Assembly (NCBI RefSeq): GCF_016432865.1
Contig: NC_067398.1
Location: 373,488,001-373,552,000 of the forward strand
Source: Antechinus flavipes
Taxonomy: Eukaryota
Direction: 5' to 3'
Length of the DNA stretch: 64,000 nucleotides
The notes under the pieces were generated by a model. It had not been told where the DNA came from, did not search any database, and worked only from the letters and a program-made list of their open reading frames with translations. The position numbers were made by a program, and so were the translations under genes. Shown one piece after another: positions 24,901 to 38,559 of the stretch; position 1 is the stretch's first letter; the number at the start of each line of letters is the position of its first letter.

Positions 24901-25139
24901 AGTTTTCTCATCTAGGAAAAAAGAAAATTCATTTGAGAGATGCTATGGAAATAATGGATTTGAAATGGGGAGTGGGAAAGCTGAATCTAACCTAATCCTG
25001 GCAATCTCCAAAGTGGATGATGTAGGCTGATTTATTTTTTCTGCAATGTCTTTGGCTACATATAATAATAATAATATGATTATATATCATATATTATAAT
25101 AAAAATAATATATGCTATATAATAATAATAACATAATAA

Positions 25140-25368
25140 AGAACTAGCTTTCATATAGTGCCTACAACATATGGCACTGTGCAAAGCACTTTATACATAT
25201 AGTCACATTTGATCTTCACCATGACTCTAGAGAATAAATGATAATTTTATCTTAATTTTACAATTGATTTAGAGACAGAGATTAAGTGACTTGTCAGGTC
25301 ACATAGTAGTAAGTGTCTGAGGCGGGATTTGAACTCAGGTCTTCCTGACTGTTGACCTAGTGCACAAC
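25140..25368 (-). mobile_element. CORE-SINE (MIR/MAR-type)
   Basis: 'gattaagtgacttg...aagtgtctgaggcgggatttgaactcaggtcttcctgact' tRNA-derived head and core. Confidence 0.85.
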
Positions 25369-26253
25369 AAGCTGCACATCTAAATATATTTATGATATTT
25401 AGCATAGACCAGTTTGAATATGCTATAAATAGCTTGGGTATTGTCCAGACGCTATATTGTTTTATCTAATTATATAAAAGATATGCTCCTGAAAACCTAT
25501 ATGTGTTAAATATTTATGAACAGTTTATTTTAAATGATGAGGAAATCTTTCCTTTTAGGGTTACTGTTATGGTGTGTGAGAGCTTTTGTAAAGCGAGGCA
25601 TCTTTTTATAACATTGATGCTTTGGGATTGGAGCAGTCCTCAGACAGATGCCTCTGGGTCCTCAGAGGCAGACTCACAATGAGGGATCTCTTCATTCAGC
25701 TAATAACAAAAAAGACTGGGAACCAGCTGTCCAGTTGGTTCCCGCTTATCCAGGCCTCTCTACAAGGGTATTCAGGAAACTTCAAGGATGTAAAAGAAAC
25801 AGCTGCCATACAGGTAATCACTTGGAATATAGCTATGCAGTGAGCCTTATCTTCCTCACCCGTGTTATGACTGGGCATCTGCCCTATTTCATAGCATTAT
25901 TTTAGGGAGCACATTAAGTGTTGGATAAATGTGTTTTTAAAATTATAGTGTGCTTTGTAGGGGAGAAATATTAGCAATAGCATCTTCTCTGATTTCAATA
26001 GAATATCAAGCCCCAAACACTATAAAACGGTTAAAGAGGCAGTTTGTCTTTGGTTCTACTTTAATAACCTTTTTCAGTGCTTTCCTCCCCATTCCTGATG
26101 CCTTGACAGCTGGATTGAGTTTTCCATACTCTAAATCCCTTTCTTGCCATTATCATTATTAACTAAAGCTCTTAGTAAAAGGGTGAGGTGACAAATGCAT
26201 TAGATGGTACCTACTTCCTCCACACGAATTCTGTTGCTCCTGGAGGTCCCTAA

Positions 26254-26512
26254 GAGCAGTTGGGTGGCACAATGGATAGGATGCCGGATCTGAAGACAGA
26301 AAAACTCTTCTTCCCACTTTCAAATCTGGCCTCAGACACTTAATAGTTGTGTGAGCCTGGACAAGTCACTTAAGGCTTTTTTTTTTTTTCCCCAGTTTCC
26401 TCATCTGTGAAATGAGCTGGAGAGAGAAATGACAAATTGCTTTAGTATCTTTGCCAAGAAAACTCCAAATGCTACAATGAAATGATGAACGTGACTGAAT
26501 AACAGCAACAAA
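26254..26512 (+). mobile_element. MAR1-type marsupial SINE
   Basis: tRNA-like head, CORE and RTE-like tail 'gagctggagagagaaatgacaa...tatctttgccaagaaaactccaaat'. Confidence 0.85.
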
Positions 26513-28337
26513 TGTGGTCCCTGAATAAAAGGAAACTTAATGATACAAAGAAATGGGTTTCTTTTGGTAGAAGCATAAATTTTGTTTCAGGTGGTAAGGG
26601 AAATAATTAGAAGAAAGAGAACCTAGACAAATCCACCATTTTGACATGTGCAATGCAGGTAATAATCCCTATAGTATATTTCTCACATGTTTGTTTTAAA
26701 GATTAAAGTATCTAATATTACAACTCATTTTATATTAAATAAATATGTTAATTTTTAAAATGATAATAATAAAATAATAAATTACATTATTAATACTAAC
26801 TCCCAAAACTACATAAGAGTAGTATGGACAGTAATGTGCCACAGAGGCTGGATTCCAGTTATTTCTCTGAAACATATTGGCCGACACTGGAAAAATCAAA
26901 ATAGCATAGTGCTCTAAACTGTTATCTAAGATTGCAGGGGAAAGAGGAGATACTTGCATGATAGAGGGGCTTTCCTCATAGGGAAGTTTCCTTTAATAGT
27001 GACACCACAGATACAGTCTTTAAGCTTATTTCTATGTCTAGAAACTATACAAACAGAAGCAGGATGACATAAATAATCTTTAGACCCTGAATTTTAATTA
27101 TATCAATAATAATTATGTATTGTGTGGTCCTAGCAAGTCAATTACTCTCTGAATTTTATCCAGTCTCTTGGACTAAAGATTATTTATAGGCGGATGATGG
27201 AAAGAGTTTTCATACTGACTGAGTCCCAGGTCTTCCATGTATTGACATATATCTCATGTAACAGCTAGTCTGTCTATAGAGCTATTGAGAAGACAAAAAA
27301 TATTCTCTGGTCACTCTAGACATGAGCAGTATTTGGCAATTAAAAGATGACAAGGGAAGTAAGTTGTCCCACAGCTTCCATATTCAAGAAATTCCAAGCT
27401 GAATTTTATATTTCATATTTCATTGACAATAATAACTTATGGAGATTAGGGAGGGTGAGGGTTTTGACTGTCGATCCCAGGCATGTGTACATATCTGTGT
27501 TGGGGAATGACTGAACTCAGAGGTGACTTCTATTCCCCTTGGAGATATGAGTCTTAGTGGAGGAGGAGAACTCATAAAAAAGCAATAGCAAATCCAAGAG
27601 GCAAAGAGAGTATGAGTCACCCCTAGGAAAGCCCATTACCATTTCTAAACTAAGGCTACACTCTCAATTTCTCCCTTTTTATGGCGAAAGTGAAAGGCAT
27701 AGAACTCCCACACATTTTTCCTCCAGCCACTTTGAATATTACTCTCTTGTTCTCCAGTTTGCTGATGATAAAAAGCTTATTCTGCATATTCCCAGACATC
27801 CAGTAGCACAGAATGTCCCTAATGTGACTGCCCAATGCATTGACATTCATATTTAGTCAGGAAAGGCGAGTCATTTTTGAGGGAAGGGGAGCACAATTTG
27901 CTATGTAATGCAGTGAGACAGTCCTATATCTCCTACTGAGGTTCCTGACAGATCTTATAAAAGATCGTAAATTACTATCTGTTGAAATATATGAATTTAA
28001 TGGATTCCATTAATGCACACCTGCACAGAAGAGATTTTGCAAGCCCAAAGATATGATCAGTCAAACAGCTTTAATAGTTATTAATTATGGGAGCTCACTA
28101 TTTATTCCCTGCCTACATAGAAATCTGCAAGTATTGTAATACTTGTACTTTCAGGATTTGCTGGATGGAAGCAAAAGACTGGCTTTGGTGGAAAGAAATC
28201 AAACGCTTTCTTTAGTGAATGAATTTCAATTTTTGGCATTATTTATTTATTTATGTATTTACTCTTATTGGGGTGTCTTTTTTTCCCCCATGTGAATTTT
28301 GAACACTCTAGGGTCATAGAGTGTATGTGTGTCAGGT

Positions 28338-28361
28338 GGGGGGGTGGGAGGGTGGGGGGGG
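28338..28361 (+). other. G-quadruplex-forming motif G7-T-G3-A-G3-T-G8
   Basis: Four G-tracts of 3 or more with 1-nt loops. Confidence 0.7.
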
Positions 28362-28454
28362 TGGAGATGGGTTCTAGCCAGTTTTCCATTATAAAATAGA
28401 GCTTTGTCCTATTTTAAAATTAAGTTATTTCTCCAAATGCATAGACATCTAGTG

Positions 28455-29015
28455 AAGGTTAGTGCAATGGAAAGAGAGCTGAATTTGGAGTATAAACTTG
28501 GGTTCAAATTTTAGCTCTGAAAATTCTTATTTATTCAAGTTTAGATGAATCCCTTAATTTTGTTTACTGTCAATTTCTTCACCTTAAAGCTCTAAATACA
28601 CCTAAATCAACTAACATGGCAACGGGCTCCAGGTCAGGGGGATACTCCACACTGCTAAGTTTTGGACTATTGCTGTACTTGAGGATTCCTGTGGCTGGCT
28701 ATAGAAGTCCATCTCTGTCTTTCTATTTGGACATGTAACATAGTTATATGTCTTTATGTGCCCATACTTCCTTGGTGCCTCATTGTTCCAAAATGCCTCT
28801 TTGCACTGTGCTCTAAAACAAAATTTTTTCAAACTTAAATTGCATCTTTACCTACTTGTCAAAGGGTACCACAAATAGAACTAATTTTGAACTCCAATTG
28901 TCCAGATTATATAGTCCAGTCCATCTCATTATACAAATGTGAAAACTGAGGCCTGGAAGGATATAGGTGATTTATCCAACTCCATAAAGCTGAAAAGTGG
29001 CTAAGCAGGGATTCA
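28455..29015. mobile_element. Two MIR/MIR3 fragments (about 28455-28610 plus, about 28890-29015 minus)
   Basis: CORE motifs 'cttgggttcaaattttagctctg' and 'ttatacaaatgtgaaaactgaggcc'. Confidence 0.6.
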
Positions 29016-29447
29016 GTTGGTCAATAAACATTTATTAAGTTTACTAAGTACTAGGCATTGTACTAAGCACAGAGGATACAAAGAGAAGGAAAAGGAAGTT
29101 CCTGCTTTCAAGGAGTTCAAATGCTAATGGGGGAGTTTACACAAAAGCAATCATTTATAAACAAGCTATATATAGAATAAACTGAAAATAACCAACAGAA
29201 AACAGACATTGAAAGGGGACTGGTAAAGGCTTCCCGCTAAAAGTGGGATTTTTCACAGGTACTTGAAGGAAAACTTGGGAAGCCAGGAGGGAGAGATAGG
29301 AGAGTAGACATTAAAAGTATTGGAGAAAAGTGGTGAAAATGCTCAGAAAAGAGGGATGGAGTGTCTTGTTTAGGAACATCCAGGAAGCCAGAAACACTGT
29401 ATTTCAATGTTGGAGGTCCTCTCTAAGGACTCAGGTATTCTGTAAGG

Positions 29448-29644
29448 GAGAGGTATTAAACATGGGCCTATGGTCCAAAATTGAGAGTTCAATAAGAAAT
29501 AGTTTTTTATATAATTGAGAAACATTTAACAAAACGAATAAAATTATAATAAAAAAGATAACGTTGCATTTAAGCCAATATATGATTCACAGGGGTCTTT
29601 ACGTATGGGTTTTCACATGTTTCTATTTTGGTGTGAACACATTG
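29448..29644. mobile_element. Old hAT-Charlie-like MITE
   Basis: Degenerate TIRs (gagaggtattaaac... / ...gtgtgaacacattg) and candidate 8-bp TSD ctgtaagg/gtgtaaag (6/8). L2 resumes on both sides. Confidence 0.5.
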
Positions 29645-29673
29645 GTGTAAAGTTTAAGAAGTCTGAAAAGGCA

Positions 29674-29674
<1 letters not shown>

Positions 29675-29716
<42 letters not shown>
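29675..29716 (+). repeat. (TG)21 microsatellite
   Basis: Direct reading. Confidence 0.99.
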
Positions 29717-29719
<3 letters not shown>

Positions 29720-30999
29720 CAGCAGGTTATTAAAGGCTTTAAGTGTTAAAGTATTTTATATTTGATCCTGAATATGATAGGGAGTCACTGGAATTTATTG
29801 AGTGTTTGTTGGGTGGGGATGGTGACACGGTCAGATCTTTTAGAAGATTATTTTTGATGACTGAATTGAGGGTAAACTGACCTGGGGAGGGACTTGGTAG
29901 GGACATCATCCATCAGGGGTATAGCAAAAGGCCAGATGTGAACAGGTGAACTAGGAGTTGATAAGGAGAGAGCCAAGATGATTGTTATGTTGGTTGTACA
30001 AGAGAGGTGAGGAAGGTAAATTGGACAGGTCATTGCAATGGACTGAAAATAAGCATGAGTGAGGAATTGAAAATAATACAAAGTTGTAAGGCTGAGTGAC
30101 TGGGATGATGTTGGTAACCCTCAGTAGTGATAAAGAATTTAAGGGAAAAAGGAAAGTTTGGAAGGAAATATAATGAGTTCAGTTCGGAACATACAAACCC
30201 AGGTCCTCTTGTTCTATTACACCATACCACAAACCAACATGGACACACTGGTGTGGTTTACTCAGCTATTGCTTCCCACACAAATCCTACCAATTTTTAC
30301 ATGTTCAGCTCATATTCTAACTTCTCTTGAAGTCTTCTTTGACAATTCAGTCCCTGTGGTCTCCCTTTTCTCAGAACTTGCATTTGTGACATCAGGTACT
30401 ATTTATCTCAGTGCTTAGTCACTTACAAACTCATATTGTCATCTAATTATGCTTTATACATTAGTTTTATCTCTCAGCTGAGATTGTAAAGTCTGTCAGA
30501 GGACAACTGAATCTTTTTTTTTCCTATTTTGATTCATGTCCTCCTTTTCCCTAGAGCAAGTATGATTTGTGGTAGGTATATGGAGAAGGGCAAGAAATGG
30601 ATGATAGGTGAGGAGGGGGCGATGGTCATTTTCTTCTCTCCCCAATGAAAGGGTAGGATAAATGTACCCAGTGTATAGAGAGAGAATCAGCCAGGTCACC
30701 ATCTCAATAAGCACAGGGTGGACATGAGAAGAGGTGACAGTTGTTGCCGACATTTCATTTCCTATCATTTTTCATGTGCCTACACAGAGAAGTGACTGTG
30801 CTCTTGAAGGCTTGGAGCAGAAAAAAGCCATTTCTATGCTTAGTTTGTCTGTGTGTATGACTCTGACCCCAAGTAGGTGGTGGTGGGGATGATGTTTGAG
30901 AGTTGGAAAGTCCATACTTGTGTGGAAATAAAAATAAGCTTTTTTATCTTTGGGAAACTGTTGTATATTTTTTATACCTTTTCATGTATCTCTCAGCAG

Positions 31000-31250
31000 A
31001 GGGTGGCACACTGAGAAAGTGCCAGGACCGACATAGGGAAGACTTTAGTTTAAAAATGGCTTTACTTGCATTTACTAGCCCTGAGATCCTGGGTAAACCA
31101 TTTAATTTCTGCTTACCTCAGTTTTTTAAATGTAAAAAGAAATTAATAGTAGCACCTATCTGACAAGGTTTTCATGAGGAACAAGTGTAATAACATTTCT
31201 AATATACTTAGCACAGTGCCTGGCATATAGTAGGAATTTCAAAAATGCTC
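31000..31250 (+). mobile_element. MIR
   Basis: Full head-core-tail ending 'cttagcacagtgcctggcatatagtagg'. Confidence 0.8.
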
Positions 31251-32089
31251 ATTTTCTTTCTTCCTTTCCTTCCTTCTTTCTTCTTTTGTTTCTTCTTTCC
31301 TTCCTTTACTTCTTCTTTCCTTCATCCCACTCTCATTATGATCTACATGCAAATAAGATATTGTTATACTCCAATAAATGAATCATTAAATAACTTGGTC
31401 AAAATCATATAGTTAACAAATAAATGGAGTTGGGAACTACGTGTGGGCTATGGAGACAATTTATGTACCCTTTAAATTCACTATTGTTGTTGGTTTTAAC
31501 AGTTGTTTTTAAACAGAAAATTCAGGTTTCCATTCATTTATTTGCCATCAATTTTTTTAGCAGTCATATATTTATTTACTTTTTAGATCTCTTTGAACAC
31601 AGGATATCTACAGAATGAAGACTATAAATTTTTTAAGTTTTTCAGTGACTTGAAACATATTTATTATGATATACCAGAGGGAACATAAAGTAGAAAGGAA
31701 TTAGAGTTAACAGTTATGAAAGTTGTACAAAACAAATATTCAAACACTCAAATAGTATGATACAGCCATTTTACTACCATATCAATGAAAGATGTACCAA
31801 TTCCTGGTCCAGACATTTTCCCCCATATGTCATTTCCCCTAAAGAAAAGTCTTGCAATCTTGATACATGATAACAATTAGTTTCTGTCTTAATATTCATC
31901 GGTTGATTTGCCAATAATTTTGTATGGCCTGAATCAATTAAGTAGTAAAGAAGATAGTGTAAGAATGGATAGGTTTGGGTTATTTCAAATGTAAGCGTTT
32001 TTGGCAGGGTCTTGTAGTTTTTCTTTTAGTAAGAAGAAAAGAGTTTATACTAAAAAAAGTAAAGCAATAACAGTGAGCAGGAAATGGAA

Positions 32090-32830
32090 AAAAGCAAATG
32101 AAGAAATGATAAAAGAGAACTTAACTGTCTTCATGAATTAATGTTGTCAAGCCTGGATAAACTACATTATTCTCGGGATAATGAAAGAACTGGCAAATAT
32201 GATTGATGATGTTTTATCAATGATCTTTAAGAAATCCAGTGTAATAAGATTATTGCTGCAAGCTGGATATGAGAAAATGTACTCTTGAATTCTCAAGAGT
32301 AAAAAAAATGGATTCTGCCAACCATTGCCCAGGAACTTTTACTTGGATTATTGTCAATATTAAATAATATTTTTAAAGGGACGGTTTGGAAACAATGAAT
32401 GGTTAATAACTGTGAGCCAGAATAGGTTCAACCAGAACAAGTCATGTCAGACAAAACTGATTTCCTTTTTGAAGAGGGTTACTAGAATGGTAGATTAGGG
32501 GAATGCCATTAGAGCTGTAGACACTTCCATCTAGACCTAGGACAAAGTCCCTGATGATATCTTTCACATCAAGATAGAGAAACTTAAATTATAATATATA
32601 TTAGATAAAATTGGAACTGTTATAATGGTTGGAACCCAAAAGTGATTAATTTATTGACACCAAATTGGAGATATATCTCCTAAGGGCCTTGGCATTTTAC
32701 TCTTTACTATTCAACATTGATACCATTATTTACTTTAAAAGATAGATGATATGCTAATTCATTTATTTATTAAATTATGCTTATAGGCACAACTGACAAA
32801 TTAGATGACAGAATGGGGATCCAAAATCAT
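32090..32830 (+). mobile_element. L3/CR1 reverse-transcriptase region, degraded
   Basis: 'agaacaagtcatgtcagacaaaactgatttcctttt...agggttactagaatggtagattaggggaatgcc' CR1 RT motifs. Confidence 0.8.
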
Positions 32831-32849
32831 TATTTTCCAATTAATTAAT

Positions 32850-35800
32850 TAATTTTTAATGCATATTCCTTTATGAATCATGTTGAAAGAGAAAAATCAG
32901 AACAAAAAAGAAAAACCATGGGAAAGGAAAAAATGGCAGGAAAAAGAAGTGAACATAACATATGTTGATTTACATTCAATCTCCATAATTCTTTTTCTGG
33001 ATACTCTATCCAAAGTCTATTGGGGCTACCGTGGATCACCAAACCACTGGGAAAAACCAGATCTTTCATATTTGATCTTTGCCCATGTTTGCTGTTATTT
33101 TATACAATGTATTACTGGTTCTATTTGTTTTGCTCAGCATCAGTTCATGTACATCTTTCTAGGTTTTCCTAAAACCAACTTGTTCATCACTTTTTATAGA
33201 ACAATAATATTCTAATACTCTGATACACCTCAACTTGTTCAGCCATTCTTCAAATGATGGACATCAAATCATTTTCCAATTCTTTGTCACCACAAAAAGA
33301 GCTGCTACAAACATTTTTATACACATGGGTCCTTTTTTCCTCCTTTATGATATCCTTGGGATATAGACCCAGTAGTGTTATTCCTGAGTCAAAGGATATT
33401 CACAGTTTTATAGCTCTTTAACCATAGTTCTAAATTGCTCTCCAGAATGATTAGATCATTTTACAACTCCACCAACAATACATTAGTTTCTCAGTTTTCC
33501 AACATCCCATCTTAGCCAATCTGAGAGATATGAGATGGTACCTCAGAGCTGTCTTAATTTGCATTTCTCTAATCAATATTGATTTAGAGCTTTTTTTAAA
33601 AAAATATGATTATAGATGGCTTTAATTTCATCACCTGAAAATTGTCTGTTCATATGGTTTGACCATTTATCAATGGAGGAATGACTTGTATTCTTATAAT
33701 ATTTGACATAATTCTTTATATATTTTAGAATGGAGACATTTATCAGAAACATTGGTTATAAAAGTGTCTCCCAGCTTTGTATTTCCCCTTAAATCTCATT
33801 TCTATTGGTTTTGTTTGTGCAAAACTTTTTTTAATTTAATGTAGTCAAAGTTATCCATTTTGCATTTCATAATGTTCCCCACTTTTTCTTTGTTCATAAA
33901 GTCCTCCCTTCTCCAAAGATCTGATAGGTAAACTATCTCTTACTCTGAAATATCTGAGATGGTACCCCAGAGCTGTCTTAATTTGAATTTCTATAATCAA
34001 TAGTGATTTAGAGCTTTTTTTTTTCATATGATTATAGATGGCTTTAATTTCATCACCTGAAAATTGTCTATTCATATGGTTTGACCATTTATCAATGGGG
34101 GAATGACTTGTATTCTTATATAGTTGACATAATTCTTTATATATTTTAGAATGGAGACATTTATCAGAAACACTGGTTGTAAAAGTTTCTTCCAGCTTTG
34201 TATTTCCCCTTAAATCTCATTTCTATTGTTTTGTTTTGTTCAAAACTTTTTTTTTTAATTTAATGTAATCAAAGTTATCCATTTTGCCTTTCATAATGTT
34301 CCCTACTTTTTCTTTGGTCATAAAGTCCTCCCTTCTCCAAAGATCTGATAGTAAACTATCTCTTACTCTTCTAAATTGCTTATAGCATCACTCTTTTTGT
34401 GTAAATAATGTACCCATTTTCATCTTATTTTGGTTTGGGATATCAGATGTAGTCAATGCCAAGTTTCTGACACATTATTTTCTAGTTTTCCCAGCAATTT
34501 TTGTTAAATACTGAGTTGTTATTCCAAAAGTTGGAGGTTAGGGCTTTATCATGTGTTTATTTATTCTATTTTACTGATTCACCACTTTATTTCTTAGCCA
34601 GTACCAAATGATTTTGATGACTGCAGTTTTGTAACTTAGTTTTAGGTTTGGTATTGCTAAGCCACCATCCTTTGTGTTTTTTTCACTAATTCCCTTGATA
34701 TTATTGCCCATTTTTTTTCTTTTAGGTGAATTTATTTTTTTTTTTCAGATCTATAAAATTTTGTTTGCAGTTTGGTTGGTATGTCACTGAAAAAGCAAAC
34801 CATTTTTATGGTATCCTTTATCAAGATGTATTTCTCTTCCTTATCTTTTTTAATTAGAACTATTTTTACTTTTGCTTTATCTGAAATCAGTATTGCCATC
34901 CTTACTTTTTTTTTTTCTTATTTCAGCTGGAGCATAATAAATTCTGTTCCAGTCCTTTAACTTTACTCCTTATGTATTTCTTTGCTTCAAATGTGTTTCT
35001 TATAAATAATATGTTGTGGGAGTCTGTTTTTTAAATCCAGTCTGCTAGTCATTTCCATTTTATGAGAGAGTTCATTCCATTCACATTCAATTACAGAGAC
35101 TAGATCTGTATTTCTCCCATCCTATTTTCTCCCCTTTATATACTTTTATTCTTTCTTTCCACCCTCTCCTTAGTAGTGTTTCTTTAAATCCACTTACTAC
35201 TTTTTTTTTTTTTTGCATTTGACCAATTGTATTTTTTTTTTTAAGGAATTGCCTTCCTTTTCCAAGATATTGACTTTTTCTTGCATATCTCTCATTTCCT
35301 TTCTCATTTTTCCACTGTCTTTCTTATTGGCTCTTAACATCTTTTTATTAACACTTCCAAGAAGCCTCTTTGGGCTTGAGACCAATTCATATCACTCTGA
35401 GATTTTTCTCTGTGGACATTTTGCTCTCATCTAAGTTTGTGTTTTAGTCTACGTTGTCATAATAGTAATTTTCTATGGTCAAGGTTCTTTTCTGTTTCTT
35501 GCTCATTTTCTTTCCTTTTCTTTTGTTCTTTCCTCCTTTTTACTTTTAAGGTCAAGCTTTGCCCCTGGGGTGTTGGGGACACTCTCCCAAGCTTCCTGTG
35601 AAGCTCTGAGCCTTGAAATTGAGCACAGGAGTCCTTTATGTTTGCAGTGCATAGCTTTGCCTTCTCTTTCCAAAGTTTTTCCCAGAGTTTGCCTTCTGAG
35701 CTAGGACTGGAAGCTGCCCCACTAATTTGCTTCTCTACTGACCAGGACTAAGGGTCTCGGTTGTTGATCTGCTGTTATTAAGACCCACTCATTGACTTTC

Positions 35801-35880
35801 CCTGAGTCTATCTGAGCTAGTTTGAACTTGCCTTTTATCCTAGTGAGACTGGTCTTTCTTGACGTTTTTTGAATGTATCT
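32850..35880 (-). mobile_element. Old L1 with 3' UTR, ORF2 end, large internal deletions, ORF1 remnant and 5' UTR. Carries a 424-bp tandem duplication.
   Basis: MNRQFSGDEIKAIYNHMKK (track ORF 33851-34075). ORF2 jumps from the post-RT region to the endonuclease region near 34800. Coiled-coil ORF1-like piece at 35197-35385. Confidence 0.88.
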
Positions 35881-35884
35881 TAAA

Positions 35885-36720
35885 CTTTATATTGGTGGCA
35901 AGAATACCAAGGGAATTAATGAAAAAAAAATACAAAATATGGTGGCTTAACAGTACCAAACCTAAAACTGTATTATAAAGCAGCAATCATCAAAATCATT
36001 GGCTATTGCCTAAGAAATAGAATGGTAAATCAGTGGAATAGATTAGATACACATGACACAATAATCAAGGCCTATAGCAATCTAGTATTTTATATACTCG
36101 AAATCCAGCTTCTGAAATAAGAATTCAGTATTTGACAAACATATCTGGGAAAACTCTAAAATAATATACCTGAAACAGCATAGACCCACATCACACATTC
36201 TGTACCCCCAAAAACGTCAAAAGTAATACATGATTTGGACATAAAGGATGATATCATACACAAATTAGGGGAACAAAGGATAATTTATCTATCAGCTCTT
36301 TAGAGAAGGGAGGAATTTGTGACTAAAATAGATAACTTTGTTTTATTAAACTAAAAAGTTTTTGCACAAACAACTACCAACAGAAACAAAATTAAAAGTG
36401 AAGTACAAAGCTGAGAAAAAAATCTTTACAGCTAGTATTTCTGTTAAGGTCTCAATTCTAAAATACATAAAGAACTGTGTCAAATTTAGTCATTCCCCAA
36501 CTGATAAATGGTCAAACTATATGAAAAGATAATTTTCAGATGATGAAATTAAGTCCATCTATAATATAAATCCATTAATAAACATATGCTATGTTCACTT
36601 CTTTTTCTGTATTTTTTTTAGCTTTCTCATGATTTTTCCCTTTTGCTGTGATTTTTCCCAATATAAATCAGAAAGCAATGGATGTTAAAAAATAAATAAA
36701 GAAAAACAAAAAAAAAATGA
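35885..36720 (+). mobile_element. Old L1 ORF2 fragment plus 3' end
   Basis: GGLTVPNLKLYYKAAIIK-like sequence near 35940-36000. The 3' tail is the reverse complement of 32850-32960. Confidence 0.85.
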
Positions 36721-38121
36721 AAATGTTGAAGTCAGCTTATGGTACGTAACAAAAAAAAAAGTTTAGTTTGGGTTTAAATTGTTCGATATAGATAATGATT
36801 TAATGCTTTTGAGGAAAAGAATGATGATGAGGAGAAAAGTATAAATATTTATCTATTGGTATTTTACAGAATCATTTGGAGTAAAATTTGTCTGACAGCA
36901 GGGAGTCCAAGTAGGAAGCTTTATAAGATCAAGGTCAGAGTTATCTGTTGGCCTCCTAAATTAGGAGAAATGCTGTAGCCAGTTAGGTAAATAGACAGTA
37001 ACATTACTATCTATTACTCTTTTTATCTGGGAGAGATTGGAGAGCTCTGATTCAACTGTTTTTCTAAAGTATTATGAGAATTTGAGAATAATAATTTGAG
37101 AAACTTTGAGATTCTATAGGTTAGCGATTCACATATAATATAGATAATTTTAACATAAAACAGCTAGCCATTAAGTTGAATGGAAAAAGAGCTGTTTGGT
37201 TTTGGGGATCTAGAAAGTCTCATTTAATGTCTCTGAAAGGAGACTGGAAAGTGGGAGGACAGTGGCTAGACATCTAGGAATCTGGATAAGAAGGCAGAGG
37301 TGACATTCAGCCTGACTCAAGCTAGATACCATATCTTTTCCTTTCTTGTCCCCCTAAAGGCTATTTAGGTAGAAGTAATTGTTATCTATCTACCACAACT
37401 CAATTTTTTTTGTGATCTTTGAAGAGAATGTTCTCTCTTTAAGAAGTTTCCCAAGTATTCTAAAGGGAGAAAACAAATTAATTTCACCCACTTAATTCTG
37501 ACCTACCAAGCACTGAATACAAAAATGACAGTCATGAAAAATTAGCAAACCTTTTGAACAAAGAAAGCAGTAAAGAGAAATTGAGGGAATTATAAAGGTA
37601 GACAATTGACTATACCAAATAAATGATCCCTTTGATTTAACAATGGGTTAACATTTCAACCCAACAAAGGAGAGAATGATTTCAGGGTCACAGGGAAGTG
37701 AAGGGATATTTTAAAAGATGGTTTCCTTATATACCTGCATCTCTGGGAAATCATGTGATGACCATTCAAAGGTTGGTCTTTTGGCTTTCATACTCTCTCT
37801 TTTTAGATCTGTCTATCCCTTTCCCATATCTATCATCAAATGTGGATGATGATTGAATGCTAAAAATCAAAGCTAAAAATTAAATCAATTAACAAAGAAG
37901 TGAGTGAATACAATACAATAAAATAAATAAATGAAAATAAAAATGAATAAATGCAGATGTTTATTATTAGGAGCTCAGAGGTTTTATTACACTGTAAGTA
38001 GCCATTACAAACTCTGAATATGCAATATCATATCACTGTCCTTTGGAGAATTACCAAAGCCTCCTACACCAGAGATGGGGGAGACAGCAACTACATCTAC
38101 TGCTATAGCTACTGCTACTAC

Positions 38122-38295
38122 CATATATACAAATATATATATGCATATATATATATGATATTCATGTAAATATATATCTGCATCTCTATATATTCATATC
38201 TATATGTATATACACACACACATATATATATATACAAACATATGCATATGTATATACACACATGTATGTATATATGTATATCTACATATATATAG
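38122..38295. repeat. (TA)/(CA) degenerate microsatellite
   Basis: Direct reading. Explains ORF 38118-38438. Confidence 0.92.
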
Positions 38296-38559
38296 ATAAA
38301 TTTACTTTTGTATTTAATAAATAATTTAATTAAAAAGAATACCCTAAGGTTAAGTAGTACATATACAATTGCTTCTATTTCATTAATATGGACATTAGAG
38401 TTCAAAAAAGGTAATGAATAACTTACCCCAAATCCCAATAGTGAGCATCAGATTTCCTTAATATAAGAGCACTAGAAGGAAATTCAGAGAAATGCAGAGA
38501 TGACTGCAACTTATTACCAACATTATCTTGGACAAGTCATTATTTCTCTCTGGAACATA

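Larger units (their letters stand above)
29020..30180 (-). mobile_element. LINE-2 interrupted by a hAT MITE and a (TG)21 repeat
   Basis: 'tcaataaacatttattaagt...ggcattgtactaagc' terminus and 'tttatttgatcctg...agggagtcactggaatttattgag' motif. Confidence 0.8.

Noticed and set aside
27758-27856. FADD motif after a splice-acceptor-like site (possible RT remnant)
   Set aside because: The surrounding residues (FADDKKLILHIPRHP) and flanks show no other LINE RT similarity, and it stops after 32 codons.
32850-36720. Back-to-back minus and plus L1 pieces as a twin-priming inversion
   Set aside because: Both pieces have their own 3' tail and cover overlapping ORF2 sequence at only about 80% identity, so they are independent insertions.
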